Positions 17,784 to 27,831 of a DNA stretch of 64,000 nucleotides are shown in pieces (position 1 is the stretch's first letter; every line of letters starts with the position of its first letter). Origin of the DNA: Candidatus Sulfotelmatobacter sp. (GTDB lineage Bacteria > Verrucomicrobiota > Verrucomicrobiia > Limisphaerales > UBA11358); contig DATJTK010000080.1 in the NCBI GenBank assembly GCA_035503455.1, positions 73,271 through 137,270 on the forward strand, read 5' to 3'. Both the position numbers and the translations under genes were made by a program. The notes under the pieces are model-generated. The model had not been told where the DNA came from. It worked only from the letters and a program-made list of their open reading frames with translations, and ran no database searches.

Positions 17784-19601
17784 ATGCGACGCTCTTATGC
17801 TGTTGTCCTGGTCGCTACGGCGCTGACCTGTCTGCTTTTGGGCGGCGCATCAAAAACTTCGCCCTCCCGTGTCCGACTGAGTGCCTTTACCTACCATGAT
17901 GTTACGCTCACGGGCGGCCCTATGGCCGCGCAGGCGCAATTCTCCCGCGAGTTTTTTCTTGAAGTTCCGGACGACAACCTGCTGAACGGATTTCGCATTC
18001 GCGCCGGCCTGCCCGCTCCCGGCAGACCGATGGGCGGCTGGTATGATCCCAATAATTTCGCGGGCGGTTGCGCCCTGGGACAATATATTTCCGCGCTCGC
18101 GCGCACGTACGCAAATACCGGCGACATCCGTTACAAGGAAAAGGTGGCTGAACTGGTCCATGGCTTTCACGAAACCATCGCTCCGGACGGTTTCTTTTTC
18201 ATTTCAACCAAAATCTCCACCAACTGGCCCTGTTACACCTACGACAAGAATTGCATCGGCATGCGCGACGCCTATACGCTCACTGGCGACACAGAAGCCC
18301 TCGACGTATTGCGCGTCATGACTGATTGGGCCTATAAAAATATGCCGCGCCGCAAGGACGAATGGTACACCCTCCCGGAAAACCTCTACAACTGCTACGC
18401 ACTGACCGGCGACAAACGTTACCTGGAAATGGCGCATGAATATGATTACAGTGATAAGTATTACGACTATTTTGCGAATGGAACCAATGCCTTTCTGCCC
18501 ACCCGCCACGCGTACAGCCATGTCAATTCCCTTGCTTCGGCGGCCAAAATCTATGAAGTCACCGGGGATCCAATATATTTAAGGGCGGTCTCCAACGCCT
18601 GGGAATATCTCACGGGCACACAAATGTACGCTTCCGGCGGTTGGGGACCGAACGAACGGTTCGTTACTCCCGGCGAAGGCAAACTCGCCGCTTCCCTCGA
18701 TTTCAAAAAGAACAGGTGGCATTTTCACACCAAAAGCGGGGATTACGCCAACAACTTTGAAACATGCTGCGGCACTTACGCGAACGTAAACCTCGACCGT
18801 TATCTCATCCGATTTACCGGCAATCCCAAATACGGTGACAACATGGAACGCATTATCTTCAACGGCATGCTCGCGGCACTGCCTATGCAGCCGGACGGCC
18901 GGACATTTTATTACTCGGACTACCATCCCGGGGCCCGCAAACAATATTTCCCGGCCGCCTGGCCCTGCTGCTCAGGCACCTATCCGGAAAACACCGCTGA
19001 TTATCCGGTGGACGTTTACTTTCATAACGAAAATGGTCTCTACGTAAATTTGTTTACGCCGTCGGAAGTCCACTGGAACACCGAAGGAAAAGTCGTCACA
19101 GTCGAACAAACCACCGATTTTCCCAGGTCCGACACGATGACTTTTGTCATTCACACAAAACGATCCGCGCGCTTTGCATTGAATGTGCGCGTCCCGGCCT
19201 GGGCGACGAAGCCGGCACGCATCCTGTTGAACGACCGCCCGATGGCAGTCAAGCGCGTGCCCGGGACATTCCTGACTGTTTTACGGAAATGGCGCGACGG
19301 AGACGCTCTCACGGCCACGTTCCCCATGTCGCTGCGCTTTGAGCCGGTGGACGCGCAGGACCCAAATCTGGCTGCGCTGATGTATGGGCCGGTTATGCTG
19401 GTGGCCCTTGCGGATGGAGAAGTCAATTTCAAGGAGGACGAATCAAAACCCGAACAATGGATTCAACTGCAAGACCCGGATTCCCTGACGTTCCGCGCCG
19501 CGGACGGCACACTGTTCCGTCCATTCTATTTGATCACGCACGAGCGTTATACCACCTATTGCAATTTTCCCGAAACCGCCCGGGCTGTCGCCGGCAGGTA
19601 A
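17784..19601 (+). CDS. Glycoside hydrolase family 127-like (DUF1680, beta-L-arabinofuranosidase family), secreted
   Basis: About 600 aa with a signal peptide (MRRSYAVVLVATALTCLLLGGA). The Cys-rich motifs FETCCGTYANVNLDRYL and AWPCCSGTYPEN are characteristic of the GH127 Zn/Cys site. The ATG at 17784 is preferred over the TTG at 17772. Confidence 0.7.
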   Translation: MRRSYAVVLVATALTCLLLGGASKTSPSRVRLSAFTYHDVTLTGGPMAAQAQFSREFFLEVPDDNLLNGFRIRAGLPAPGRPMGGWYDPNNFAGGCALGQYISALARTYANTGDIRYKEKVAELVHGFHETIAPDGFFFISTKISTNWPCYTYDKNCIGMRDAYTLTGDTEALDVLRVMTDWAYKNMPRRKDEWYTLPENLYNCYALTGDKRYLEMAHEYDYSDKYYDYFANGTNAFLPTRHAYSHVNSLASAAKIYEVTGDPIYLRAVSNAWEYLTGTQMYASGGWGPNERFVTPGEGKLAASLDFKKNRWHFHTKSGDYANNFETCCGTYANVNLDRYLIRFTGNPKYGDNMERIIFNGMLAALPMQPDGRTFYYSDYHPGARKQYFPAAWPCCSGTYPENTADYPVDVYFHNENGLYVNLFTPSEVHWNTEGKVVTVEQTTDFPRSDTMTFVIHTKRSARFALNVRVPAWATKPARILLNDRPMAVKRVPGTFLTVLRKWRDGDALTATFPMSLRFEPVDAQDPNLAALMYGPVMLVALADGEVNFKEDESKPEQWIQLQDPDSLTFRAADGTLFRPFYLITHERYTTYCNFPETARAVAGR

Positions 19602-19688
19602 AGACCTTCGATCCCGCACTCTCCAAGACGGCAAGCGCAAAAGGTTGATGGTCCCAATGGGTGCGAAAAAAATCTCTTTGGACAATTG

Positions 19689-20546
19689 TCACCCGATTCC
19701 TTGAAGATAAGCAAAGATCAATTCGGGCAAATCGCTGCTGTAGCCGCCTTCAAGCAGGCTGAAAAATGGAATGTTCATGGCGCGCAGTTCCTGTCCCATC
19801 CAAAAGAAATCTTCGGCCAGCAGAGTGCCATTGGCCAACGGGTCGCGCGCATAAGCGTCAAATCCGGCGGAAACACCAATCAGTGTGGGTGAGAATTTCT
19901 TCATGTCATCGAGCGCGCGCTTCAGAGTGGCTCGCCAGGTTTCCCGCGGCGTCGAGGGTTCGACCGGATAGTTGAAGCAATTATCACCAACATTCCTCCG
20001 GCCAGTGCCGGGATAGCATGGAAATTGATGGACGGAAAAAAAGGCGGCGTTTCGAACGCCCAATAAAATATCTTCGGTGCCGTTTCCGTGATGCACGTCA
20101 AAATCAAAAACCGCCACGCGTTCCGTGCCGGACGCCAGCGCTTCAAGCGCCGAAATGGCAATATTGTTCAAATAGCAAAAGCCCATTGACTGCGCGCGCG
20201 TGGCGTGATGGCCGGGAGGCCGCATAAGGCTAAAGACCTTTTCACCCGCACGCGCCAATTTCATCGCATCCAGCGCAGCAGCCACGGAAGCTCGGGCGTA
20301 ATCTGCAATATTCTCATGCCAGGGCGTATCGGCGTCGAAATCGGCGGCCACGCCCAGACGTTCAAGCATTTCAGGACTGTGGGCGCGAAGAATTTGTTCG
20401 TCCGTCACCCGGGAAGGCGACAGCCAATCGATTGGCATTTCGTGCTGGGCCTTTAATTTCGCAACTGTGGTCGCGACGCGCTGCGGGCGTTCGGGATGGC
20501 CGGCGCGCGAGTAGTTCACGCATTTTTCGTCCGTAATAATTTTCAC
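19689..20546 (-). CDS. Histone deacetylase-family amidohydrolase (acetoin utilisation/deacetylase-like)
   Basis: MRPPGHHA, FDFDVHHGNGTEDI and GFDAYARDPL motifs of the arginase/HDAC superfamily. Confidence 0.85.
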   Translation of the reverse strand: MKIITDEKCVNYSRAGHPERPQRVATTVAKLKAQHEMPIDWLSPSRVTDEQILRAHSPEMLERLGVAADFDADTPWHENIADYARASVAAALDAMKLARAGEKVFSLMRPPGHHATRAQSMGFCYLNNIAISALEALASGTERVAVFDFDVHHGNGTEDILLGVRNAAFFSVHQFPCYPGTGRRNVGDNCFNYPVEPSTPRETWRATLKRALDDMKKFSPTLIGVSAGFDAYARDPLANGTLLAEDFFWMGQELRAMNIPFFSLLEGGYSSDLPELIFAYLQGIG

Positions 20547-20744
20547 GGAGGGAATTTATCGGGAGACATGGCAATTTGCGATTTTTGATTTGCACAATGC
20601 CCGACCCTCCTTCGGTGGAGAAACTGGTGGAATTTCAATTTTGGGACTCTCGAATCTGCGCGGGTATTTCGTCAAACGCTTCTTAAGCTTCGTAGGGCGG
20701 GACCAACTTCGTCCCAAAGTGCGGGACCAGAGCGCGGAGAATCA

Positions 20745-20790
<46 letters not shown>

Positions 20791-20902
20791 GTGAGAATGA
20801 AGATGATAATCAGTGAATTTGAACTGGAAAATGAGAAGCCCTTTATACACTACACCACTTCGACGTTCTAACGTCGCAACCGGCAAACCGGCGCCGCAAC
20901 CG

Positions 20903-21061
20903 CTAAACCAGCATAGCAGCCAGAATAACAATTCCGAGCAGGAGCCCAACGATGATCACGGCGCCAACTACATCCAGTTCTGCCTTGTGTTTGTGATTGC
21001 ACGGGGCAATAGTGTTCAGCAGATGATAAAAGGCGCTTCGCTTGACATTCCGAGTGGTCAT
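20903..21061 (-). CDS. Possible 52-aa tail-anchored small membrane protein
   Basis: My translation: MTTRNVKRSAFYHLLNTIAPCNHKHKAELDVVGAVIIVGLLLGIVILAAMLV*. It falls below the ORF-track cutoff. It has a basic N-terminus and one C-terminal TM helix. No homology is recognised. Confidence 0.25.
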   Translation of the reverse strand: MTTRNVKRSAFYHLLNTIAPCNHKHKAELDVVGAVIIVGLLLGIVILAAMLV

Positions 21062-21124
21062 GGCGACGCTTCTCTAGCAGGAACCGCGCCATTGGAAAGC
21101 GCAATGGGTGTGGAATAAAAATAC

Positions 21125-21955
21125 GTGAAAAAGACGCCAAATTTGCCATTAATTCTCGTGACGCCCAGTACGGAAAGAAAAGGTGTCGAATTTTGTGACA
21201 CTTCCAGCAGTCTGTCCTATCGTTATGAACATGCCATTTTACAGGCTGGCGGAATCCCCGTCGTTGCGCCGATGACCACCGACCCGGCAGCGCTTGCCGA
21301 GGCCGTGCGCCGCGTGGACGGGGTGCTATTCACCGGTGGCGACGACATCAACCCCACGCTTTATACGAATGACGCGCCGCCGGACGCGCTCAAGACCGTG
21401 ACGCCGCCGCCGGATGTCGAAGCGCGCGATTTGCGGGAATTGATCCTCATCGATGAAGTTTTTCAACAAGGCAAGCCGTTACTGGCGATATGCCGCGGAT
21501 TTCAAATCTTGAACGTCGCGTTTGGGCGCGAATTGATTGTGGACATTCCCAGCCAATTGCCGGGAGCGCGGAACCACGCGCGAACGGACGAGGCAGGCGA
21601 GGAACTCACGCATGAAGTTCCGTTGACAGCCGGTTCGCTGCTGTCCAAAATCACCGGAAAGAAGATATTAGGCGTGAACAGCTCGCACCATCAGGGCGTC
21701 CTGGAACCCGCGGAACCATTCGCCGCCGTGGCGCGAACGGAAGACGGGATCGTGGAAGCGATGGAGCTGAAAACAGACCGGTCGAACGGAGCACCGCAAT
21801 TGCCATTCTTTCTGGCGGTGCAATTTCATCCCGAACGGCTGGTCAAGCATCCCGAGCATCAGGCCATTTTTAACGGCTTTGTGAGCGCCTGCGCCCGGGA
21901 GGGTGGCGAGGGCAAAAATGGACGAACTAAAGAGTTACAGAAGTCAAAACAATGA
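21125..21955 (+). CDS. Class-I glutamine amidotransferase-like hydrolase (gamma-glutamyl-GABA hydrolase / peptidase C26 family)
   Basis: GGDDINP, the nucleophile elbow LLAICRGFQILN, VNSSHHQGV and AVQFHPE are the catalytic-triad motifs. Confidence 0.85.
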   Translation: MKKTPNLPLILVTPSTERKGVEFCDTSSSLSYRYEHAILQAGGIPVVAPMTTDPAALAEAVRRVDGVLFTGGDDINPTLYTNDAPPDALKTVTPPPDVEARDLRELILIDEVFQQGKPLLAICRGFQILNVAFGRELIVDIPSQLPGARNHARTDEAGEELTHEVPLTAGSLLSKITGKKILGVNSSHHQGVLEPAEPFAAVARTEDGIVEAMELKTDRSNGAPQLPFFLAVQFHPERLVKHPEHQAIFNGFVSACAREGGEGKNGRTKELQKSKQ

Positions 21956-23301
21956 AATCGAAAATTTTAGTGGTGGACGATGAAAACGACCTGCGCCAGC
22001 TCCTGGCCGCGGTGCTTGGCGAACATTACGAGGTGGGCCAGGCGGCCAGCGGCGCAGCGCTCAAAAAGCTGTTTCCGCAGCCGGCGCCCGACGTCGTGCT
22101 GCTGGACGTGAAATTGCCGGACGCCGATGGCCTTGACCTGCTCACTCAAATCAAGCGCCGCTGGACGGACACCGAAGTCATCTTATTGAGCGGCTACGGC
22201 ACGATGAGCATGGCGATTGAGGCCGGCCGCCGGGGCGCCTACACCTTTCTCACCAAGCCGTTTGAGAATGAAAAACTGCTGGCTGACGTCAAATGCGCGA
22301 TCGAGCGCAAGGAACAAAGCGCGGAAAACCTGACCCTCCGCCGCGCCCTGGAAACGATGAGCGGCGCCGCATCGCCGATTTTCAAAAGCCCGGCCATGCA
22401 GGAGGTCGTACGCACGGTCGAACGTGTGGCGCCCAGCGACGTGACAGTACTGATCACCGGCGAAAGCGGTTCCGGCAAGGAAGTCATCGCCGATTTGCTT
22501 CATACTTTGAGCCCGCGCAACAAAAATAAAATCATCAAGATCAACTGCGCCGCCCTGCCCCGCGAGCTGATTGAAAGCGAATTGTTCGGCTCGGTCAAAG
22601 GCGCCTTCACCGGCGCGCACTCCGACCGCGAAGGCCTCTTCCGCCAGGCTGAGGGCGGCACGCTGTTTTTGGACGAAATTTCCGAAATGCCCATCGACAC
22701 GCAAAGCAAATTGTTGCGCGTGCTCCAGGACCAAGAGGTGCGGCCCGTTGGCGGCAAAACCACTTACAAAACAAACTGCCGCATCGTGGCAGCCACAAAC
22801 CGGCAGCCGGAGATCGCCATCAAAGACGGCAAGCTGCGCGAGGACTTGTATTACCGCATCAGCGCGATTTCGGTTCATTTGCCGCCATTACGCGAGCGGC
22901 GCGACGACATCATGCCGCTAGCGGGCGTGTTTTTGAAGCGTTTCGCCGCGCAGGCCAACCGCGACATCCAGGGTTTCAATCAGGAGGCTATTGACCGCCT
23001 CACCGATTTTGACTGGCCCGGCAATGTCCGCCAGTTGCAAAACGAAATTCAACGGGCCGTGCTGCTGTGCGAGGGAATGGAAATTGACGTGGCAGATTTA
23101 TCCATCAGCAATACCAAGCCGGTTTCCGAGGCGTCTGAAGAAACTGATTCGGGTTACACGCTCCTTGAAAGCGTGGAACGCAATACCATCGTGCAAACGC
23201 TCAAGGCCGCCGAAGGAAACAAGCTCGAAGCCGCAAAACGCCTCGGTATCGGACGCCAGACGCTCTACAACAAGCTCAAGGCATACGGCATCGAAGTTTG
23301 A
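21952..23301 (+). CDS. Sigma-54-dependent response regulator (NtrC family)
   Basis: Receiver domain (ILVVDDENDLRQLL, VVLLDVKLPDADG). AAA+ domain with ITGESGSGKE, GAFTGA and LFLDEI. C-terminal Fis-type HTH (AAKRLGIGRQTLYNKLKAYGI). Confidence 0.9.
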   Translation: MKSKILVVDDENDLRQLLAAVLGEHYEVGQAASGAALKKLFPQPAPDVVLLDVKLPDADGLDLLTQIKRRWTDTEVILLSGYGTMSMAIEAGRRGAYTFLTKPFENEKLLADVKCAIERKEQSAENLTLRRALETMSGAASPIFKSPAMQEVVRTVERVAPSDVTVLITGESGSGKEVIADLLHTLSPRNKNKIIKINCAALPRELIESELFGSVKGAFTGAHSDREGLFRQAEGGTLFLDEISEMPIDTQSKLLRVLQDQEVRPVGGKTTYKTNCRIVAATNRQPEIAIKDGKLREDLYYRISAISVHLPPLRERRDDIMPLAGVFLKRFAAQANRDIQGFNQEAIDRLTDFDWPGNVRQLQNEIQRAVLLCEGMEIDVADLSISNTKPVSEASEETDSGYTLLESVERNTIVQTLKAAEGNKLEAAKRLGIGRQTLYNKLKAYGIEV

Positions 23302-23321
23302 ACCATTGGCCGGCAACCGCC

Positions 23322-24155
23322 ATGTTTCAAAATTCCATTCGCCGCGCGCCGCGTCCCGGAGATATCTCCCACATGTCCACGCCGGAACTGCGTGAGACAT
23401 TTTTGATTGAATCGATTTTTGAACCCGGCCAAATCACGGGGACCTTCACGGACTTGGACCGTCTCGTCGTCGGCGGCGCCATGCCGCTCAAACCTCTTTC
23501 ATTGCCCGGCCATAAGGAAACCGGCACATCCTTTTTTCTCGAACGCCGCGAACTGGGCGCAATCAACGTTGGCGGCCCGGGACAAATCGTGGCGGACGGC
23601 AAAACGTTTCCTTTGGACAGACTCGACTGCGCTTATCTGCCCAAAAGTACCCAATCCGTTTCATTTGAAAGCGCCGACGCCCAAAACCCGGCGAAGTTTT
23701 ATTTTTTGAGCTGCCCGGCGCACGCCGTTTTCCCGGCGGCCATGCTGAAGTCAAAAGACGCCGCGCCCGTGGCGCTGGGCTCACAGTCCACGGCCAATAA
23801 ACGAACCATCTATAAATTTATCCATCAGGGCGGCATTCAAAGCTGCCAATTAGTGATGGGGTTTACAGCGCTGGACGACGGCAGCGTCTGGAATTCGTTC
23901 CCGCCGCACACTCATTGGCGCCGTACGGAGATCTACTTTTATTTTGATTTAGGTCAAAAAATCCTGGCGCACTTTTTGGGCGAACCCCAGGCCACGCGGC
24001 ATTTGTTCGTGCATAACGAACAGGCCGCCCTCTCGCCAAACTGGTCCATCCACTGCGGCTGCGGCGAAGGCCATTACAAATTTATCTGGGGCATGGCCGG
24101 CGAAAATCAGACGTTTGACGATATGGATGCGGCAAAGCCCATCGATTTGCGGTAA
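23322..24155 (+). CDS. kduI: 5-dehydro-4-deoxy-D-glucuronate isomerase
   Basis: The blocks LRETFLIESIF, DRLVVGGAMP, FLERRELGAINVGGPG, HTHWRRTEIYFYF and NEQAALSPNWSIHCGCG..YKFIWGMAGENQTFDDMD match KduI along its whole length. Confidence 0.93.
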   Translation: MFQNSIRRAPRPGDISHMSTPELRETFLIESIFEPGQITGTFTDLDRLVVGGAMPLKPLSLPGHKETGTSFFLERRELGAINVGGPGQIVADGKTFPLDRLDCAYLPKSTQSVSFESADAQNPAKFYFLSCPAHAVFPAAMLKSKDAAPVALGSQSTANKRTIYKFIHQGGIQSCQLVMGFTALDDGSVWNSFPPHTHWRRTEIYFYFDLGQKILAHFLGEPQATRHLFVHNEQAALSPNWSIHCGCGEGHYKFIWGMAGENQTFDDMDAAKPIDLR

Positions 24156-24163
24156 CGGCAGGG

Positions 24164-24931
24164 ATGAAACGGTTCGAAAACAAGGTCATCGTCGTCACCG
24201 GCGCCAGCCGCGGCATAGGACAAACCATCTGCGCCGCGTTCGCGGCAGAAGGCGGCCGGGTCTTCGGTGTGGCGCGCGGCAGCCTGGAGGAAACGGCGGC
24301 TTTGTGCGGCGGCGACTTTAAGGGCATCAATGCCGACCTGGGCGCTGGAACGCAGAGCGCGGCGGCGGAATTGGCTTCGGAAATTTTGAATCAGGCCGGA
24401 CATGTTGATGTCCTCATCAACAACGCCGGCATTATCCGCCGGGCGCCGGCCATAGACTTTTCCGAGGCCGATTGGAACGAAGTCATCAAGACAAACCTCT
24501 CTGCTCCGTTCTTTCTGTGCCAGGCCGCTGCGAAGTGGTGGATCACGCGCGGCCGCGGAAAATCCGGCCCGGGCGCGCGCCTGAAAATGATCAACATCGC
24601 GTCGCTGCTATCTTTTCAGGGTGGAATTCTGGTTCCGGCTTATACAGCGAGCAAACACGGCATTGCGGGAATCACCAAAGCATTGGCGAACGAATGGGCA
24701 AAAGAGCGCATAAACGTCAATGCCATTGCGCCCGGCTACATTGCCACAGAAAATACGCGCGCCCTGCGCGAAGACCCCAAACGCAACCAGGCCATCCTCG
24801 ATCGAATCCCGGAAAACCGCTGGGGAAACCCGCAGGACATCGCCGGGACATGCCTCTTTCTGGCGTCGCCGGACTCGGACTATGTCAACGGCGCCATCAT
24901 CAACGTTGATGGCGGGTGGCTCGGGCGTTGA
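24164..24931 (+). CDS. kduD: 2-dehydro-3-deoxy-D-gluconate 5-dehydrogenase (SDR)
   Basis: TGASRGIG, NNAGI, and the YTASKHGIAGITKALA catalytic YxxxK. It lies directly downstream of kduI. Confidence 0.88.
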   Translation: MKRFENKVIVVTGASRGIGQTICAAFAAEGGRVFGVARGSLEETAALCGGDFKGINADLGAGTQSAAAELASEILNQAGHVDVLINNAGIIRRAPAIDFSEADWNEVIKTNLSAPFFLCQAAAKWWITRGRGKSGPGARLKMINIASLLSFQGGILVPAYTASKHGIAGITKALANEWAKERINVNAIAPGYIATENTRALREDPKRNQAILDRIPENRWGNPQDIAGTCLFLASPDSDYVNGAIINVDGGWLGR

Positions 24932-25011
24932 AAAACCTTGACAATTACTGTGGCCGCGGTATACTCCGCATTCAAACCACGGCACAAGGAAAACCAGAAC
25001 CATTTTGAGCA

Positions 25012-26175
25012 TTGAAGAAGTTTCTGCTCTTATTAATAGCTCTCCTTTTCGGGCTGAAGGCGTCACCGCTTTATGCGCTCATCATCGAGCCGACGTGGGA
25101 CCCTTCCATCACCACAAATTCGGAGGCGTCGGCCATCACAAATGGCATCCTGTTTGCGATTCAAACGCTGGAAAACGATATCGATGACAATCTCACTGTA
25201 AAAATCGACTTCGTGAATAATTCGAACGTTGACCTGGGCGAAAACTCAACCTATTACCTGCCCGTTACGTACTCGAGCTATTTGGCCGATTTACGGTCCA
25301 GTGCTACGAGCGTAGATGACAGCAACGCTTTGAGCCGGCTTCCCGTCAGCTCCACAGATCCTGTCATCGGCGGAAGTCAGATTGATCTTCAATTGCCGTT
25401 GGCGCGGCTTTTCGGGTTTTATTCAAGCTATGGGCCCGACGGCTACGACAGCACCATCTACCTGAACATACCGATAATGAATCTGAGCCGTCCCGGGGCA
25501 AATCCAAATAACTATGACCTTGTCTCCGTCACCGAACACGAAATGGATGAGGTTCTGGGTTTTATCTCCACCTTGCCCGGCAATTATCCGGGCGGCCCCA
25601 TTGGTCCGATGGATCTGTTTCGTTACACGACAAACGTGGTCCGGACATGGACGACAAATGGGGACAACGCTTATTTTTCCGTGGACGGAACCAACCTGCT
25701 GGCGCGATTTAACCAGCAGCTCGGCGGTGATTTCCATGACTGGTGGAGTTACACCAATCTTTGGGCGCCGCCCGGGGTCACTCCGTATCCCCAGGTCCAG
25801 GACGCCTACGCTTATCCAGACACCAGCCCGGATCTGGGGTCAAACGAACTGTCGGGGCTGGATGTCATTGGTTACACGCTGGCCAGTTCAGTGCCCAAAA
25901 TAAGGATTCAAGCCAGTGGCAAAAATCTTTTCACCATTTCATGGCTTGCCACATCAAGCGGATACGTGTTGCAACAAAGCACAAACCTGTCCCGGAACGT
26001 ATGGACCGATTCAGCCACGGGTTCCACGAATTGGGTGACGCTTACCTTCACCAACACCGACGAATTTTTCCGCCTGGCCAAAGTATCAGCGCCGCCTGCC
26101 GGAATGCCCGCAGCAAGCCCGGACAATCTGGTACTACAGCAGGTCACGCACGCCTATCGGCGCCACCGGCAATAG
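25012..26175 (+). CDS. Secreted protein with HExxE/H-like metalloprotease-type motif and C-terminal beta-sandwich domain (hypothetical)
   Basis: TTG start. Signal peptide KKFLLLLIALLFGLKASPLYA. It contains SVTEHEMDEVLGF and DFHDWW. The C-terminal domain of about 70 aa (FTISWLATSSGYVLQQSTNL..WTD...FFRL) resembles the tail of ORF 29312. Confidence 0.5.
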   Translation: MKKFLLLLIALLFGLKASPLYALIIEPTWDPSITTNSEASAITNGILFAIQTLENDIDDNLTVKIDFVNNSNVDLGENSTYYLPVTYSSYLADLRSSATSVDDSNALSRLPVSSTDPVIGGSQIDLQLPLARLFGFYSSYGPDGYDSTIYLNIPIMNLSRPGANPNNYDLVSVTEHEMDEVLGFISTLPGNYPGGPIGPMDLFRYTTNVVRTWTTNGDNAYFSVDGTNLLARFNQQLGGDFHDWWSYTNLWAPPGVTPYPQVQDAYAYPDTSPDLGSNELSGLDVIGYTLASSVPKIRIQASGKNLFTISWLATSSGYVLQQSTNLSRNVWTDSATGSTNWVTLTFTNTDEFFRLAKVSAPPAGMPAASPDNLVLQQVTHAYRRHRQ

Positions 26176-26252
26176 TTTGATTCCATCTGGCCGTTGGGTG
26201 ATGCCACCCGTTTTTTCTTTTTCCTTTTGCTCTTTTCCTTTAAACCCCCTGT

Positions 26253-26675
26253 ATGACAACGGAAATGCTGACTCTTTGCTTTGCCGCGCGGCCCAGTTCA
26301 AACGGCGAGTTAAATATCCTCGGGGCAACGGACATGATTTTTGTCCCGCAATTTCCGGTCGCCGTCAGTTGCAGCCTTGTGGCCAAGTTGCGGTTCAAAA
26401 AAATTGAAGAGGGAGTCAAAGAAATCCGGTTTTCCATCATAGATTCCGACGGCAATTCACTCCAGCCCATTCCGCCGCCGCAGCAAATAAACATCCAAAT
26501 CCCGCCCGGCGCATCATCCGGCAGCGCCGCAATCGTCGTCGCCATTACCAACCTGCAAATACCGCGGGCGGGTGAATACGAAGTTGGTCTGGCGGTGAAT
26601 GGCCGATTGGAAATGACCGTGCCGGTCTTTGTCCGCCAGCCGCCGGCACAACCGGGAACGGGTCTCCCGGAATGA
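26253..26675 (+). CDS. Hypothetical protein (140 aa, beta-rich)
   Basis: Clean ORF with an ATG start after a T-rich block. No motif recognised. Confidence 0.45.
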   Translation: MTTEMLTLCFAARPSSNGELNILGATDMIFVPQFPVAVSCSLVAKLRFKKIEEGVKEIRFSIIDSDGNSLQPIPPPQQINIQIPPGASSGSAAIVVAITNLQIPRAGEYEVGLAVNGRLEMTVPVFVRQPPAQPGTGLPE

Positions 26676-26747
26676 AAAACGGCATGACGCATATACAAAA
26701 AGCACAAGCACGGTGTCTATTCAAGTGGAAGAATAACCATACACCTT

Positions 26748-27098
26748 ATGAGCCGAAACGAAATCAATGATAACAAGCCCCCGTTGCTGACAGCGGGGCT
26801 TATGTGCCTGGTATGCGTCCCCGTCCTGTTTTTGACGACGCGCCCTGTGGTTTGGCTGTCGAACGGCCCATGGGTGGCATGGCTGCTCGGGGGCAGTTTC
26901 ATCATTGTTCCTCTCGCGGTGACTTTTATCGTTCTTTACCGGTCAGCGTGGCACGACGACCGCCCACAAGTCAGGCGGATTATTTCCGTGGCTGTCTCCT
27001 CATGCATCATTTTTGTTGCGGACTTACTTCTGGTCGCCGCAGTAATTATCGTCGGGTGTTTGATTGCGGGCCTGTCGCGGGTCATGGGCGGAAATTAG
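26748..27098 (+). CDS. Hypothetical integral membrane protein (3 predicted TM helices)
   Basis: Hydrophobic segments: LLTAGLMCLVCVPVLFL, WVAWLLGGSFIIVPLAVTFIVL and ISVAVSSCIIFVADLLLVAAVIIVGCLIAGL. Confidence 0.45.
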   Translation: MSRNEINDNKPPLLTAGLMCLVCVPVLFLTTRPVVWLSNGPWVAWLLGGSFIIVPLAVTFIVLYRSAWHDDRPQVRRIISVAVSSCIIFVADLLLVAAVIIVGCLIAGLSRVMGGN

Positions 27099-27240
27099 CG
27101 TCATTAACAGCACAAGTGGCATATTTAATGCTTGCTAAATCCCGAATTTAGGTTTGCGTTTGTGGGTGGTTTTTTCCGCAGTGGGGCCAAATCAAAGCGG
27201 TCATTCGTGAATCCTAAACACTAAATCCTAATACTTGAAT

Positions 27241-27708
27241 ATGCCAGGTGACGTGAAAACAATTTTTTTTGTTGAAGACAGTGACGTAGAGCGGCTTGCG
27301 TATCAAAAGGCCCTGGAACGCGCCGGATATTGCGTTCAGGCCGCGCGGGACGGGCTGGAAGGGATGCGACTGCTCCATAATATTGTGCCTGATTTGGTCC
27401 TGCTCGACCTGCTGCTGCCGAAGTTCGACGGCGTGGAACTGCTTAAATTCATGCGATCGGATGCCCGCCTGAAAACTGTGCCAGTCGTGATTTTTTCGAC
27501 CAATTCTATCATCGAGGCGCAGGATGAACCGTTGCTGGAGGGAGCAAACCGAAGACTTTTGAAGTCCCAATGCAATCCTTCCATGTTGTTGGCGACGATA
27601 AACGACGTTTTGGCCGAGCACCTGGGACACGTGGCCGACGACGAATCCAAGAACGACCATCTGTCACAGGTTCCTGCCACGGCAGCCGTGTCAACGCGGC
27701 GTACTTGA
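27241..27708 (+). CDS. Single-domain CheY-like response regulator receiver
   Basis: IFFVEDSDVERLAYQKALERAGY, the phospho-acceptor region DLVLLDLLLPKFDG, and VPVVIFST. Confidence 0.85.
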   Translation: MPGDVKTIFFVEDSDVERLAYQKALERAGYCVQAARDGLEGMRLLHNIVPDLVLLDLLLPKFDGVELLKFMRSDARLKTVPVVIFSTNSIIEAQDEPLLEGANRRLLKSQCNPSMLLATINDVLAEHLGHVADDESKNDHLSQVPATAAVSTRRT

Positions 27709-27831
27709 TCCCGCTTGATCCTTTTGACTTTGCCATCACCAATCGATTTCTGATTAAAAAACAAAAGAGGCGACAGTCTTTCAACTGCCGCCTTTATGTT
27801 TACAAAATTCGTTTTCCAGCGCCGTATCGCC

